DNA of 64,000 bases from Rhynchobatus australiae (lineage: Eukaryota): contig JAUZTB010000062.1 in NCBI GenBank assembly GCA_034780895.1, positions 20,977,074 through 21,041,073 on the forward strand. Direction: 5' to 3'. This document shows, piece after piece, positions 49,209-62,734 of this stretch; the first letter of the stretch is position 1; each line of letters begins with the position of its first letter. The translations under genes were made by a program, and so were the position numbers. Below the pieces are notes generated by a model. That model was not told the DNA's origin. It ran no database searches and saw nothing but the letters and a program-made list of their open reading frames with translations.

Positions 49209-49570
49209 GTGGCTGGCACAGTGGTGCAGCAGTTAGTGCTGCTGCCTCACCTGTGGTTCCAGGGATCCAGACCCTGTCTTGATCTGTTTGGAGTTTGTAC
49301 CTTCTCCCCATGATCATGGGGGTTTCTGCTGGGTGCTCCGTTTGCCTTCCACGTTTCAAAGGTTCACTTGTAGTTTAATTAGCTACTGTAAATACCCGTC
49401 AGTGTAGTTAAGCAGCAAATAAAAATCAAAGGAAAAGGCTAGGCATGTTAAAGTGAATAAGTTGAAAGGGCACAAGAAAATGAGGGGGGATAGGACTGTT
49501 GGGATTGCTCCATTGTGAGCCAGCATGGATTTGATGGGCCAAATAGCCGCCTTCTGTGTCGTAATAAGTA
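49209..49570 (+). mobile_element. tRNA-derived HE1/V-SINE-like element
   Basis: The head is ggcacagtggtgcagcagttagtgctgctgcctcac (A box), the V-domain is tgtttggagtttgtaccttctcccc...gggtgctccgtttgccttccac, and the CR1-type tail is tgatgggccaaatagccgccttctgtgtcgtaa. Confidence 0.85.
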
Positions 49571-51187
49571 AGTAAGGCCAAGATAACTGAAAATATGAAA
49601 ATATATAGGTACATATATATATTCAGGAAAGTCAAATAAACTGTCGGGTCTGTTGAAGCCAATAATGCTAATTTAGGATTCAACTGAATTTTTATGGGCA
49701 GTTCAAACTACTTCAGGATGTGTTCATTTTTCCTAATTTTCTTCAACATTTCTTTACCTTTCATTTCAGGCCACTTGACAGTCCATCATGCTAGCAACTC
49801 TCTAGAATCTCAAGTGCCTGCTCATTTTGTGATCTCCAGATTTTATCAGTTATCTACCTGGGTTGTGGAGGATTCATGTTTTTTTCTACTTTTTATNNNN
49901 NNNNNNNNNNNNNNNNNNNNNNNNNNNNNNNNNNNNNNNNNNNNNNNNNNNNNNNNNNNNNNNNNNNNNNNNNNNNNNNATTGTTTTGCTGGAGGCAAAT
50001 GCCAATACTATATGAGTGGATTTAAACAAACTAAAGAATAGTCAGGTGCCCAATTCATTTTCATATCTCTGAGCAGTAACCATTCTAAGCAAAACAAAAT
50101 TCTTCCAGCTATTTATTTCTAGCAGCATTACAGAGTAATTAAAATTTATATTATAGTACGATCCTCATAAGATTTCTACTACGTAGTGCTTCATATAAAT
50201 TTCATGAAAGGCAAAGCATCTGAAAATTCTGGCTATTGCTATCTAGGTTATAATACTGCTGCACTTTTGTGTCCAATGTCATTTGAACCTTTTCACATAT
50301 CACCGCTTCTTGAGCACACTCTAGAGCATTTGTTGACTGATGAACTTAGTGAAGAGAGAATTTTAATCTTTCTAATGATACGGATTGTACAGCCTGGTCT
50401 GTATTCACAGGATTCCTTTTTTTTCACCTTTGTATATAAAAAAAACTCATAACAAGAATAATTCACAACAAATACTATATGGTATTGTTTACAAGACTTT
50501 ATTCAACTGAATTCTGGATTTAATTCTATCAAGTGTGGGTGCTCAGCAGTTATGGTACATGTTCACATCTGGTTCAATTACAGCCATCTAACAACCAAAA
50601 AATCCACAATTTTTATGTGTAATTAAATATATTCATATATAATAATGATAATATATTAGTATGCATTGTAGGAAAACATTGCAAACTATGCAATGACCAT
50701 AACTAAACAACATTTACAGTTCAACTTATTAACAGGTAAAAGTATAGCCCGACAGGTCTGTGTAGAAGGGGAATAGGAAATTCTAAGTTAGCTGGAGTAT
50801 GGCTGAACTGATATAAACGTCTTTTTCCAGAACTACATTACATCAATATAAACACACATCCGATTATGTCAGTCTTATAGTCATCATATGCTAACAGTAA
50901 CTGAGGTACCTTGAAGATGTTTACCCTGTTACAAAACTCATTCATTTCTTTAGTACCTCTTATTCTTAGGCTAAGACATCAACTTTATACAGTCTTAAAG
51001 TGGTAATATGTACTGGTTTAAGGTTAGTTTTTTTTCTTCTGGACTGATTTAAAACTATAAATATGTCTGAAATGTCATCATATCTGGCTGCTCTTTGAAC
51101 TTTTTTCCTCTTCTTATTAATGAGTCTCCTGTGCAGCAAGGTTAACTCTTTACATGCCATATGTCTTAGTCTATTAAAATGGATAAT

Positions 51188-51485
51188 ATGATTAATTTTG
51201 TTTCCTAAATGCGATTGGTTTAAATAATCCAATTAAGCGGAAGAAGATCTTTGAAGGTTTTCATAGACTGAACGCTCAGATTATTTTTGCTCAGGAGATT
51301 CATATTAAGAGAGACGATAACCAGTGCTTTTTCAGATTTTGGAGGGGTCAATAGTTTCATTCTAGTTCACAAGCGAAGGTGAAAGGAGTCTCTATTTTTA
51401 TAGGCTCCTCAATTTCATTTGTTCATCATGAAACAATCTCAGACCCAAATGGTAGATTTTTATTAATTACTGGCTTACTTCATAA
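51188..51485 (+). mobile_element. L1/Tx1-clade ORF2 N-terminus (APE endonuclease) relic
   Basis: It reads MINFVS, then a frameshift, then NAIGLNNPIKRKKIFEGFHRLNAQIIFAQEIHIKRDD...KGVSIFIGSSISFVHHETISDPNGRFLLITGLL. The NxxGL, QE, GV and DxxGR APE motifs are present. Confidence 0.85.
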
Positions 51486-51585
51486 NNNNNNNNNNNNNNN
51501 NNNNNNNNNNNNNNNNNNNNNNNNNNNNNNNNNNNNNNNNNNNNNNNNNNNNNNNNNNNNNNNNNNNNNNNNNNNNNNNNNNNNN

Positions 51586-51650
51586 GGTTTAAAATGGGCG
51601 GCGTGGACTCATTGGGCTGGAAGGGCCTGTTACCATGCTGTAAATAAAAT
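51586..51650 (+). mobile_element. CR1/HE1-type 3' tail after a gap
   Basis: ggcgtggactcattgggctggaagggcctgttaccatgctgtaaataaaa. Confidence 0.7.
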
Positions 51651-52639
51651 TTTTTAAAAATTGGTGGCAGATGGAATTTAATCCAGACAAGTGTGAGGTA
51701 GTATACTTTGAAACCAATGCAATCTGTAAAATCTACATTAACCATTGCCACAGGGGAAGTCTCCTGTTTGCTATGAACATAGACAATACTGGCCACTTAA
51801 CATGTACTAACAAGCAATTGACAAATCAATAACAACTACTACTTAAATCAGGAACTCTTAATGCTATATGATGTATTATTCCTTAATTTCAAAACATCCA
51901 AAAAGTTCCATCCTTTGGTAAATAATCTGGCAGCAATTCACTGAATCAACCCTTCTTAAACTCTTTCCAACTGACACAACATAGTTACTAATTTTTTTTT
52001 ATTTGTCCACTTTCACTGCACCATCTCTACTCTAATGCCACACAGAAAGTAATACTATTGCTGCAGGGAACACATCGAGGAGCAAGCTGAAATTTATTCT
52101 TGCTATACCTCGTTCTCAAATGTACTTGGCAAGCCTTACCATATAAGTGAAAAATATCCACCTTGGAAAAATGCAAAAAAACAAGCAATCCATGCCACAC
52201 TAGTCGAATCATTTTTTAAAATATTCTTAGGACTTCATTCTTTTACCTAACTTGGATGCGAAAGAAAATTTTATTTCTGAGCATACCTTTCTTTTAAAAG
52301 GGGTGGGAGGAGGGGGTGGCCAGTGAGAGTAAATTTACAAAGTATTTGCATTCTGACTCTAAAATCTTCCACAATGTCATTGGTCCCTTTCCCCGAGCCA
52401 AGAGAAACAGTCTTGGACACTCGCACAAAACCCTATTGGGTGCTCACTGCCATACAGAGTGTAGGACAATATGATGTTGACGTCAGACTCACATGTGCAC
52501 CTCCCACTCAACCACAGTCTGCCCAAGGGTCAGCACCAGATCACCAACAATGGCACCGAGGATTCTTGTGTGAAACATGCCACAGGGAACAGAACAATTT
52601 CACACCCAAATGTTCCATCATTGATTGCAACATTATACT

Positions 52640-52900
52640 GATCTCAGAATCAAGAATGGAGACCACAATGTGGCCCATCTCGTCATACCTGTTCCACCTT
52701 AGAGCAATCCAGCAAGTCCTACTCCCTTCACCCCCTCTCTATAGCCCTGGAAATTCCTTCCTTTCTGATGCATGTCTAGCTTCCTTTTGAACACAATTGA
52801 ATCTGCCTTCCCTGGCAATGCCTTCCAGACTCTAATAACCCAGGAGGTAAAATATATTTTTCTCATGCTACTTTTGGTTCTTATGCCACTCATCTTCATT
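52640..52900 (-). mobile_element. CR1 3' fragment
   Basis: Reverse ORF MRKIYFTSWVIRVWKALPGKADSIVFKRKLDMH is a CR1 ORF2 C-terminus. Confidence 0.8.
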
Positions 52901-54118
52901 CAATGATTAATTTTCCTNNNNNNNNNNNNNNNNNNNNNNNNNNNNNNNNNNNNNNNNNNNNNNNNNNNNNNNNNNNNNNNNNNNNNNNNNNNNNNNNNNN
53001 NNNNNNNNNNNNNNNNNNNNNNNNNNNNNNNNNNNNNNNNNNNNNNNNNNNNNNNNNNNNNNNNNTTTTATCAAAAAAAATTGTTATATTTCCAGTCAAG
53101 AGTACGTTCAAATCTATCCAAGGCTTTTAATGAAGTACTAACTATACAAATAGAAACTTTAATGAATTTGAATATACGTTAAGATTTTGAAGTGAAATAC
53201 AAGAAATAATTGGTGAATTCATTATTCTGTTCTTGTGCAGTGATTCTGTGATCCTGTAAAAGAATTCATTTGAAAAGAAAATATAGCTTTATTTCAGTAA
53301 TCTTATACTGAAAGTGTACTTTTTTCTCTGTTTAAATTTTTATTTTAGCTTTAGTTTGATTTCAGGATGTTTTGCTGACAGTCTTTTTATGACTGGTTTC
53401 AGTTTATCAAAATTCATCCATAAAATAGATGTAGAACAAACTTGAAGAATTCAGAGGGACACAGTGCTTTAATCTTTAATCAAGAATTGCTAGCCTAGAA
53501 TGAAGGAAAAACCAACAAACTTAACGAGTGTGAGGTAAATGTTGGGATGAAGTGAAAAGACACAAAGTATAGCTATGGCATTTTAAAAGTTTTTAAAGTT
53601 ATCTCTTTCTGAAAATATTTAATAAGGTATACAATGTCCACAATGATTGCCAAAAACTTCTTGGCAGACCAGCTCAGAATGTAACACTGAATGTTGAGTC
53701 AAATGTAAACAGGGCGAGGGAAGAAAATAGAAACTGCAACATTTTAGGTTAACTGCACAGCTAGAAGTTAACAGCTTATGTTGGGATCAGACCAGTCTTG
53801 GCATGACTCCCAGCTATCATCAGTTTGTATTGGTGTGCCCCTTTAACAAAAACCATACTGCGTTATGCAGAGAAGAGCAACTGTGAAAGGATTTTGGTTA
53901 TGAAACAAATGCCCTTCATTTCAGAACATTTGCAGCTGTTATGCAAAGAACAGTCCATCATTTTTTTTTGTATTCTTGTTTATTTTTTGAATTTGAAATC
54001 AGCATTAGGTGCAAAATTGGCAATTCCAAAATCCCAACTGCTAGATAAGTTCCTTCACAAGTTCCTAATTTTTATCCTAACATCATTCTTGCTTACAGTC
54101 AAGCAGCACAGTCTCTCT

Positions 54119-54447
54119 TTATGCCTTCTTGCACTTGCCTTTCTTCTCTCGCTGTTGGAACTTCCGCAGCCTCCTTGCCCACGTGTCCCTCCATTGTATC
54201 ACCAAACTGGTTTTGTTTGCAACAACCCCATTCTGGTCAGGAGAATCTTCATCATTCCCTAACAGTAGGTACTTCTTCCCCGTTTTTATTTTTGGGCATT
54301 TGCAGGCAACATCTTTCGAGCGGACCCACAGGAATTGGTCTCCACGCCGTATCCGTTTTACCCCTTGTTTGTATACTGAGATGATATTCACTGTAAACTT
54401 CCACCATTCACCAGCTTTCTCTGCCTTCAAGATATGGGCTTGAACAG
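54119..54447 (-). CDS. NTN1: Netrin-1, terminal coding exon (NTR/C345C domain)
   Basis: The minus-strand acceptor is tttcttcactattgcag at 54448 and above. The exon translates to (A)[108 protein letters not shown]. This is near-identical to the netrin-1 C-terminus, includes the RGD motif, and lies convergent to STX8. Confidence 0.97.
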
Positions 54448-54487
54448 CTGCAATAGTGAAGAAAGAAACAGAAGAGGATTTAAAATG

Positions 54488-54585
54488 TTCAGCTGAAAGG
54501 TTTTCAACCCAAAACCTTCACCATATTTCTCTTGCCTTAGATGCTGCCTGACTTGTTGAATATTTCCAGCATCTGTATTTTGCTT
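54488..54585 (+). mobile_element. Short Penelope-type tail with decayed hammerhead
   Basis: cagctgaaaggttttcaacccaaaacctt...agatgctgcctgacttgttgaatatttccagcatc is homologous to 38938-39030. Confidence 0.65.
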
Positions 54586-57500
54586 TTAAAAAAGAATATT
54601 TAAGCTGACACATGAATTAAACATTGCACCAAGCAAATTCTTCAAATGCAGCTATAACCCTAAGCCTTTCACCCTGGTTGTTTGGAATATCATAGTTATT
54701 ATCATAGCAACAGTTTCCATAGTATCTGAGACAGAGAAGATGTAACAAGACCAAGGGTATGAAATAAGCTCGACAAGAGAAACTGATTAATGTTTGACAG
54801 AGGAAACAATCAAAACCTTAGAAACCAGTTTTCTTCCCAAGCCCATGTACAAGAGGTTTATTCCTACATGGTAATGAATCATCAGAGTAAAATGCTGAAA
54901 CACAAAATGAAGGGTGAGAAAACTGATCATACTTCAAAAAATCTGTGATGCTTCTGTACCAGAGGTTAAGAACTGTTAAACTGGAAGCTAATTGCAAAGA
55001 TTAGAACAAGTGGTTGTTTATATCTAAGGAAATTTACTGTGTGCTGTTAGTTGTCAANNNNNNNNNNNNNCTTTGGAAGTTAGGATCAGACAGAGCACGT
55101 GAGAACCATAAAGCAGATTTCAATGGCAGTTTGTCAGTGTCCTTGTTCTCTGCCTGCCCTACCCAGTTGCCTTTGTATCACACATTCTTACATTCCTGCT
55201 TTTCTTTGCTTCTAAACAATACTAGTTAAAAATATTCCATGCACATTAAGTAAAGCAAGTAAACCTTAGTATTAAATAAGAACTTTATGAACTACCATTG
55301 CAGTGTTCATTGCTTCTATTCCGTATTTTTAGCTGAGTTTCATGATTAAATAAAGACTGTGTAGGTTATTCTGTGCTTGGTGCACATCCTGCTAAATCAC
55401 ATTCATTCTGATGACTAGTTAGCACCAATTTAATGATTATTTCTACCTTATGGCTGCAGTACTTTTTACATTTAAATACTTTGAATAATGTCTGGTGAAA
55501 CAATCTAATCATTTACAGATTTTCTGTAGTTTATATAAAAAACACTTCTAAATGTTTCTGTTTAATTTCTGTGTACTGTAATGGTTTTCCTACTACTTTG
55601 GTTGAGTTCTTTTTTAGTTTAGTCAATGGAAACTTCTTCATTTGAGAGCTGTTTGGTGGGTTTTTCAGGACTTAAAGCAAGAAAGTAATTGAATTAATAT
55701 CAATGATATTAAAAGTACCCCAAACCACTTCAGAATTCCTCCAAAACCAACAGTTATTTCACACAATTTATTCCTGTAAAACTGTTTATGAAATAGCGCA
55801 AGAAAAAAGTTCAAATTAATTAAATTGTCATTACTTTTTTCCTGAAAATGGGCATTATACCCATAATCTGCTGGTTAGATATGTTGAACACTTTTGAAAA
55901 GCTGCATTGTAAAACTGCACAGCTCTTTGCTTTAATAGGAAGTCTGCTCTGATATCATTAAAAAGGGTGGCATTAAAAATTAAGCATGCTGATTTATCAG
56001 CCTGTTCAAAGAAAAATTAATGTGTCTTCCCAAGTGAGACTGAGGGAACTTGTGATTTAATTGTAGAATGTTTTTGCAACTGCACCAAACTGTCAGTAAG
56101 TGGATACTTCTTGCCAAATGGTGCAGAGTTTATGTTGTTTTCCCATTTCTTTTCTTGATGTTCACAATGAATTTCTTGGGAAATTTGATCTGTTAAGATT
56201 AGTGCTACAAGCAACTTATCCTACCATTGAATTTTTAAAAATTGGTATGAGAAAATCCCAATCACTGCGAGAAGGCGAGACTNNNNNNNNNNNNNNNNNN
56301 NNNNNNNNNNNNNNNNNNNNNNNNNNNNNNNNNNNNNNNNNNNNNNNNNNNNNNNNNNNNNNNNNNNNNNNNNNNNNNNNNNNNNNNNNNNNNNNNNNNN
56401 NNNNNNNNNNNNNNNNNNNNNNNNNNNNNNNNNNNNNNNNNNNNNNNACTGATTCAATTGTGCCTCAGTGTTGGGGAAAGCAGCGAGAAAGCAGTTCCTC
56501 AAACAATTGACCTTTTTCTACTGAGTAGAAAAGGAAATCTGTCTAATGCAGGAGGCTACTGAGGAGCAGAGAAAGCTGGGAAAGTGGATTTGGCAGTACT
56601 AAGTAGAAGTAATGTAGTTGAAACAACAGACACAATATAACACTCTGTAAAACAGTTTGGAAATTTCATATATTTGTTGGTATCCAACGTCAGTACAAGA
56701 ATGGTTAACAGCAATATTCTTTTTTTTTGAGGAAAATTATTCCATATAACAGTTGTGTTATGAAAACGAGGCTGGGTTGTTTGACCCAAGTTTTTGTTTG
56801 GCACATTTGAGAAAAAAGTTCTATAAAACATAATGATGTATCAACCCATGAGTTGAGGCATGGCTTGTATGTTTAGGTGCTGATAGTTCATCCCCTTGAC
56901 CACATCCTCGGTCTGTTACTGGCAAAGTGCAATGAACCATTTGATGATCTCAGGGCTATAAATTTCACGTCTGTAGTGTGCATTTGCTGTAGAGACAGCT
57001 CATATCTCACTCTGTATCTGTGGTAAATCAACTAAGAATGAATTATCATCAAAGGTATTCTTGTTAGATTCCCTGTAGAAAATATAACATTTGAGTTATT
57101 AGTCAAAAGCAATTTGATATATTGCAGATTGACACATTGCCAGCAGCTTTATATGCAGAGTTAGAGGTTATGGATAACTTTAAACATGCTCTATTATTAT
57201 TTGAGTATACAGTTGTGACATTTCTCTGATTACAGATATCCATCAAAGGTCCAGTGGACCACCACAAGAATGCAAATTTGAAGTCTTAGGAATGTGTTAG
57301 CTAAGGAAATTCTTTTTCAAATCTTTAACTATATTAAAATTATTCTTGTGACCACTCAGAAAGTTGCATTCTGTAAAATTCTTCCATAGATCCCTGCTTA
57401 TTTTTCATATCTTCAAATTACTATTAGTGTACTGGTCCTTTGATAAGTTACTACAGATATTTTGGGATTTCGGTTATCTTTACATCAATGCTCAACTGAT

Positions 57501-60479
57501 TACATATTAGAATTATGGCGTATTTACAGAAAGAGACCTACACAAGCTCCTGCTACATACGTCATTTCACCCTATCAATTAATCCTTCTATTCCTTTCAC
57601 CTTGAGTTACCAAACATTTATTTAACTTCCAACTATAGTTCCTCTTAAATGTGCCTGAATCAAATTGCTGTTTATTTCAATTGAAGTATGTCGCTCAGTG
57701 AAAGTAATTTACAATGCCAAGTTTCATTTCATGTCTTATTTTGAGATGTGGTTTAATATTTTAAAACTTGACCAGTAATTTGCATCTAAGATTTTCAATG
57801 TGAACAAACAAAAACCAGGAGTTGAAGTGTGAATTTTCATAGCATCTCAGACTTCACAGCTAAAGATACCAAGTAACTAAACTATACATATCCTGAAAAT
57901 CTCTGTTGGGTTAGATGATCTCTGCTAGAATGGCATTCTGACAGGGTCAATGATTGTGTGTTGGGGTAATGGTATATACTGCAGCAATGTAAATATGTGT
58001 GGACATCGCTGTACTGGTCAACAAATGTCTAAAAATAAAAACACGTTGAATGTGGGGAAACACATTGTTGGAAATGCCAAGTTGTGAAAGAACGTGCTTC
58101 AAAAACAGCATCCTATAAAGCAGTTTTGAAAATGTAAAGCTCAATATTTACATTTGGGACACATCTAAAAGTGGAAGGCAATTCAGTCAGGTCTGCTTCT
58201 AATTACAGCAAAATCTGTCGAGGTTGAGAAGCAAACCACTTGCCCAGTCTCTTGACCAGATGATGTTTGTGGTGCAAAGTGACTTAACAAACACAAAATA
58301 AGAGAGAGACAGAGATCAGTAGTTTGAAATGTTACAGCAGTGGTATTTGCAGAGGGNNNNNNNNNNNNNNNNNNNNNNNNNNNNNNNNNNNNNNNNNNNN
58401 NNNNNNNNNNNNNNNNNNNNNNNNNNNNNNNNNNNNNNNNNNNNNNNNNNNNNNNNGGTATTTGCAGAGGGAACCAGCAGGCCTAGCAGTACACTGTTAA
58501 CATGCTAGAATACAGACTCTTAAATTTGAGTCACAGCCTTAATCGCAATTGAACCGTCATCTGTTCTTAGTGTTTGAGTTTCTCTGGGCCAGGTCACTGC
58601 ACAGCAGAAGCCTGCTTGATCTCAGCAGGGAAGATTTAACCTTGTGCACTTCCTACCAGCTGATCACAGACTGATATCAATGGCAGCAATGCAGAAGTGT
58701 GTGAACCAGAATGTCCCACGGTCATGACAGAAAGAAGAAAAATAGCACAGGGAAAGATGCATTAAATATATAAATTACGAAACGTTTCCCGAGGGCTAAC
58801 GGTGCTCCATGGAGAAAATAAGCTAACACTAGGCCAGCGAAAGATGTGGCATATAACAGAGGCAGACAAAGGTTTATAAAAAGACTGGATGGGTATTACG
58901 CAACAATGTTAAGTAACACTGTTGTATTACTGAAGATGAGCTAAATTTCTACTGTGTGGTGTCCAATCTGCATAAGAGCAGTCTTTTCCTCTTATAATAA
59001 CAATATCAATCCAAAATGGAGCCAGTCTATTACAGGTAGATGCTGAGGTTTATACATTTTCTGGCATTTTATCATTGAATTAGGTGTGTTAAACAATCAT
59101 TTAGCCATCATACATATCACCAATATTCTGACATTGCTTTCATTGCTTTCACCAATTGCTTTCATTTAGAACAGCAAAGATGAAGCAATTCATCAGCAAC
59201 AGGGACTGTTGAAGAATAAGAGATATCAGTAAATTATGATGTTATAATTTCAATATCATACTAAATTTATGGTCCTTTCATCTAGCATTTCATAATACGG
59301 AAGCTTCGTTTTAAAGGACACTTACACTTCAACCTTTTTCCCTGCTTTATTGTTCCAGGCTATAACCATTCCATATAAATATTGTAATCCAATTAATATT
59401 ATTCATATAAAAATACATTGACTTTGCTGAGAAAATTATGATCAGAAATTTAAATTCCAATATTTTGAAATTACCAAGACTCTTAATGTAAGAAAGAAGT
59501 TTAAAAATATGTTTACAGAAAATCTCTCTGCCACTCTTTGGTTGGAAAGCATATTTTTACCTTGGATTTCTATATTTTCTTTTCATAATCAAAACTGATT
59601 TTTTTGTTTAAAGAACTGTACTGCAATCAGTTATGTTTATTTGATTCATTCACTTATTACCTTATTTTCCTCATGTCCTTTCCCGTATATTTGTTCCTCA
59701 GTTAGAATTGCCATGCTCCGTCACTGTCACTTGTTTAAAGTCAATTGCTTGAGATTATTACTCCGAAACTTAACCATATTATTAATGAAACTCTTCCTTT
59801 GCTTTTTCAATTATTACTTAACCATGTATTGAAACTCATTCTTAAATGATGAGATTTATAGCTTTCCTTTCATTAAACTCTTTCACTGCAATTTTAAAAA
59901 TGATTTTCACTACATTGTGATAGTAGCATCAAAAAATAGCATGCCAATTAACATTTAAAATGCCTCTTTCAAAAGCAACTAATGTTTACCCAAGTAAACA
60001 CCTTGTTTGATTCTCTATATTTTTTTGTGCTTGCTTTACGTGACCAATCTCCCATCTGGATTGCTTAGCTACATTTCTCAGTTTCATGAATTGCTATCTC
60101 AGCTCCTAGCTCTTTTTATAATTCATAGTATCTTAATCTAGACACTTTTTTTTTACAGAATGTGATGACTATTGGCTCCCAAACCACTCCTGTTATATAT
60201 CTTGTATATTTTCTCCTACCCTGTGTGCTCTTTCCCTCTGACGTACCTTGTATATTCTTTCCACTTCCGGAAATAACTCTCTATCAGACTGCCTGGTCAG
60301 ACCCAATGAGTAAGAACTTGGCACATTCTAAAAATAAATGTGTAAACTTGCTGTACACTTGCTGTTAAAGTGACTACCAGCCATTAAAGTAGGAATAACA
60401 TTCAATTCTTGAAACAAATGCAATTTTGTGATTATACAAAGCCACTTTTAAGAATCAAGAAATTTTTAAGAGTACTTTT

Positions 60480-62260
60480 GCTTGCTTTAACTATTGTGCT
60501 TGCACACAGTTGACCACATAGGATTCTGCTCACGTGCCTCCATCGGTGCTGCTCAGAAATCAACGGTTCTCAGCGTGATTCAAAGATCTGTGTGCATACA
60601 ATCCCAGGTCTCTCCATTCCTGCTCCAAAGTTCAAAACTAAACTCATTATTTCAGATGGCCTCTCCTGATTCCTCCTACCAAATATGTCGCTTCATACTT
60701 CTCTGTATCAAATTTCATCCTGCGTTTTGTCCACTTCATCAGCTTTTTATCTTCCTGAAATATGTTAATTGTCCTCTTCATTGTTGACTGCATTTGAGCT
60801 TCATATTTGCAGACTTTGAAATTACACCATGTACACTTAATTCTTTATAATTAATATACCTGAAATAGTAGTTTCAATGCCAAGAGGAAGACCACAGTAT
60901 ATGTTATTCCTGTTTGGAAAACAAAATGTTCACCTCCATTTTCTTCTTTTTGTCCCTCAGCCACTTTTGTGTCCATGTTGCCNNNNNNNNNNNNNNNNNN
61001 NNNNNNNNNNNNNNNNNNNNNNNNNNNNNNNNNNNNNNNNNNNNNNNNNNNNNNNNNNNNNNNNNNNNNNNNNNNNNNNNNNGCCACAGTTCTTTAACCT
61101 CATGGCCTAAGAAGAAGTGTGCAGTAAATTGCTAACTGCCTTTTGAAAATCCATTTGCACGCTATCAATTAGATCTATCTTGGTCATTGAAAGCAGAGGA
61201 CTTTATCTTGTTAGCTTACCGTTAAAGTATCCACACTGACTTTTCACCCCATTCATTTCCAAATACTAATTCAATTAGCCCTGGATTATTATCTTTTAAA
61301 GTTAAGTTTTCCCACCAGCAGTGAAAGGCTGACTGGCCTATATCTGTTGGGTTTGTCCCTCTTTTTTAAATAGGGCTGGTAGTCTAGCACCCACCTCAGC
61401 CTCCTCCCCTAATGGCTTGGGAAGATACTCAGTGATGTGTCTCCTATCTGGATCAGGTGACATTTTATACTGAGGATATTTCATCTTTAAAGCACAACCT
61501 CTGTCCATTCTATCCAATATTGCTACAGCTTCTTCCTTTATTGCTACAATGGCAGAATGATTTACATGAAGGCAATTGCAAAACAGTCATTTAACATTTT
61601 AACTATGCCTTCGCAAGATCATTCCTGTGATCCCTAATTGACCTCGCCCTTCAGTTTTGAGCACTTATAACTGGCTGCTATGATTCCTTTTATGTGGGTT
61701 GCTAACCTGTTGTTATTCTCCCTTTTGGACCTTGTATTCCCTATTTTTAGAACTGCTTTATTCTTTCTATATTCAGCATGGTTCTGTAAGAACTCCACAA
61801 TGATCGTGTGTGCTCTTCCTGTCTCATTTTAGCCTATATATCATTAGTCATCCAGAGAGTTCTAGGTGTGGATGCCCTTCATAGAATTGTGTCTAATCTA
61901 CACCTGAACCACCTTCTCCTCGAAGGACTCCCAGAATTCATTTACAATTTTGCCTCCCAATTTTTTGATTCCATTCCTGTGTACTGATGCCTTTCAATTA
62001 ACTCCAATTTATCCTCCTCCAATTAACTACTTTTAGCTTGACTGTAGCCGTTCCTTTCACAAAAAATATGATATTACATGTGTCCTTCCACTGGAACCGG
62101 CATTGCTCATTGTATTTTATTTCCCAGACTAAATACAAGCACTGCATCCATCCTCACTGGCTGGAAACACACTGATCAAAAAAAAATTGGTATACATTTC
62201 AGGAGTTCCTCCCCCCTCTTTGCCTTTTACACTGTTGCTATTCTAGTCCATATTAATCAA
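60480..62260 (-). mobile_element. Cluster of very old CR1 fragments
   Basis: Contains ctctgtatcaaatttcatc, ttcatatttgcagactttg, ctgactggcctata (YRPVS on the reverse strand) and tcaggagttcc (reverse of the QE-region). Heavily decayed. Confidence 0.5.
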
Positions 62261-62734
62261 ATTCACCCATTGAAAACTGAGGAAACACTGCCAAACAAAG
62301 ACACTTTCAGTTATCTTCTAGTCTTTCCACTGAAGTGACCTTAAGCATTGTTTTATTGTCTCTATGTGAATGCCTCTGGCTGCCCACTGTAGGATTTTGG
62401 CTACAGGCTAGTAGAAACCAAAAATTGCATTACAAAGAAGAGCTCTGAGAACTGAGTGCTGCATTCTACAAACGCTTTAGGCATAAACCAATGGCATTAC
62501 AAAAGAATGTTTTACTTTAAGTCTGCTTATATTTTTCTTTCCCCTTGAAAATACCTTCCATTTGATTCAGGGACCCTAAACTTTATGGAGATTGCTGCAT
62601 CAGAATCTATTAAATTACCTGCTACTTTTGCTGATTGTTTACATCTGAAATTAGCAGGTGTTTTTATTGGCTTTATTTATTGCAGTGTGATATAAAAGTA
62701 CTCTGAAATCCGATCACATGGAATAAATCTGATT

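Larger units (their letters stand above)
50480..54118 (-). other. NTN1: Probable NTN1 3' UTR; distal AATAAA at 50498-50503 (minus strand), alternatives at 52270 and 53288
   Basis: tttatt hexamers are visible on +. The 50498 site has U/GU-rich sequence downstream on the minus strand (gtatttgttgtg). The extent is inferred. Confidence 0.45.

Noticed and set aside
49209-49290. tRNA-like A-box sequence
   Set aside because: It is the head of a SINE with a degenerate B box and no cloverleaf, so it is not a tRNA gene.
52323-52790. 155-aa plus-strand ORF
   Set aside because: It has no recognisable domain, starts at a non-ATG codon, lies antisense to the probable NTN1 UTR and ends in a CR1 relic.
53825-54443. 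Plus-strand ORFs of 145, 87 and 104 aa
   Set aside because: They are antisense shadows of the NTN1 exon with no independent coding signal.
56511-56534. Hairpin cctttttctac-tga-gtagaaaagg, terminator-like
   Set aside because: The context is a vertebrate intron, the stem is short and AT-rich, and it is far too small for a pre-miRNA.
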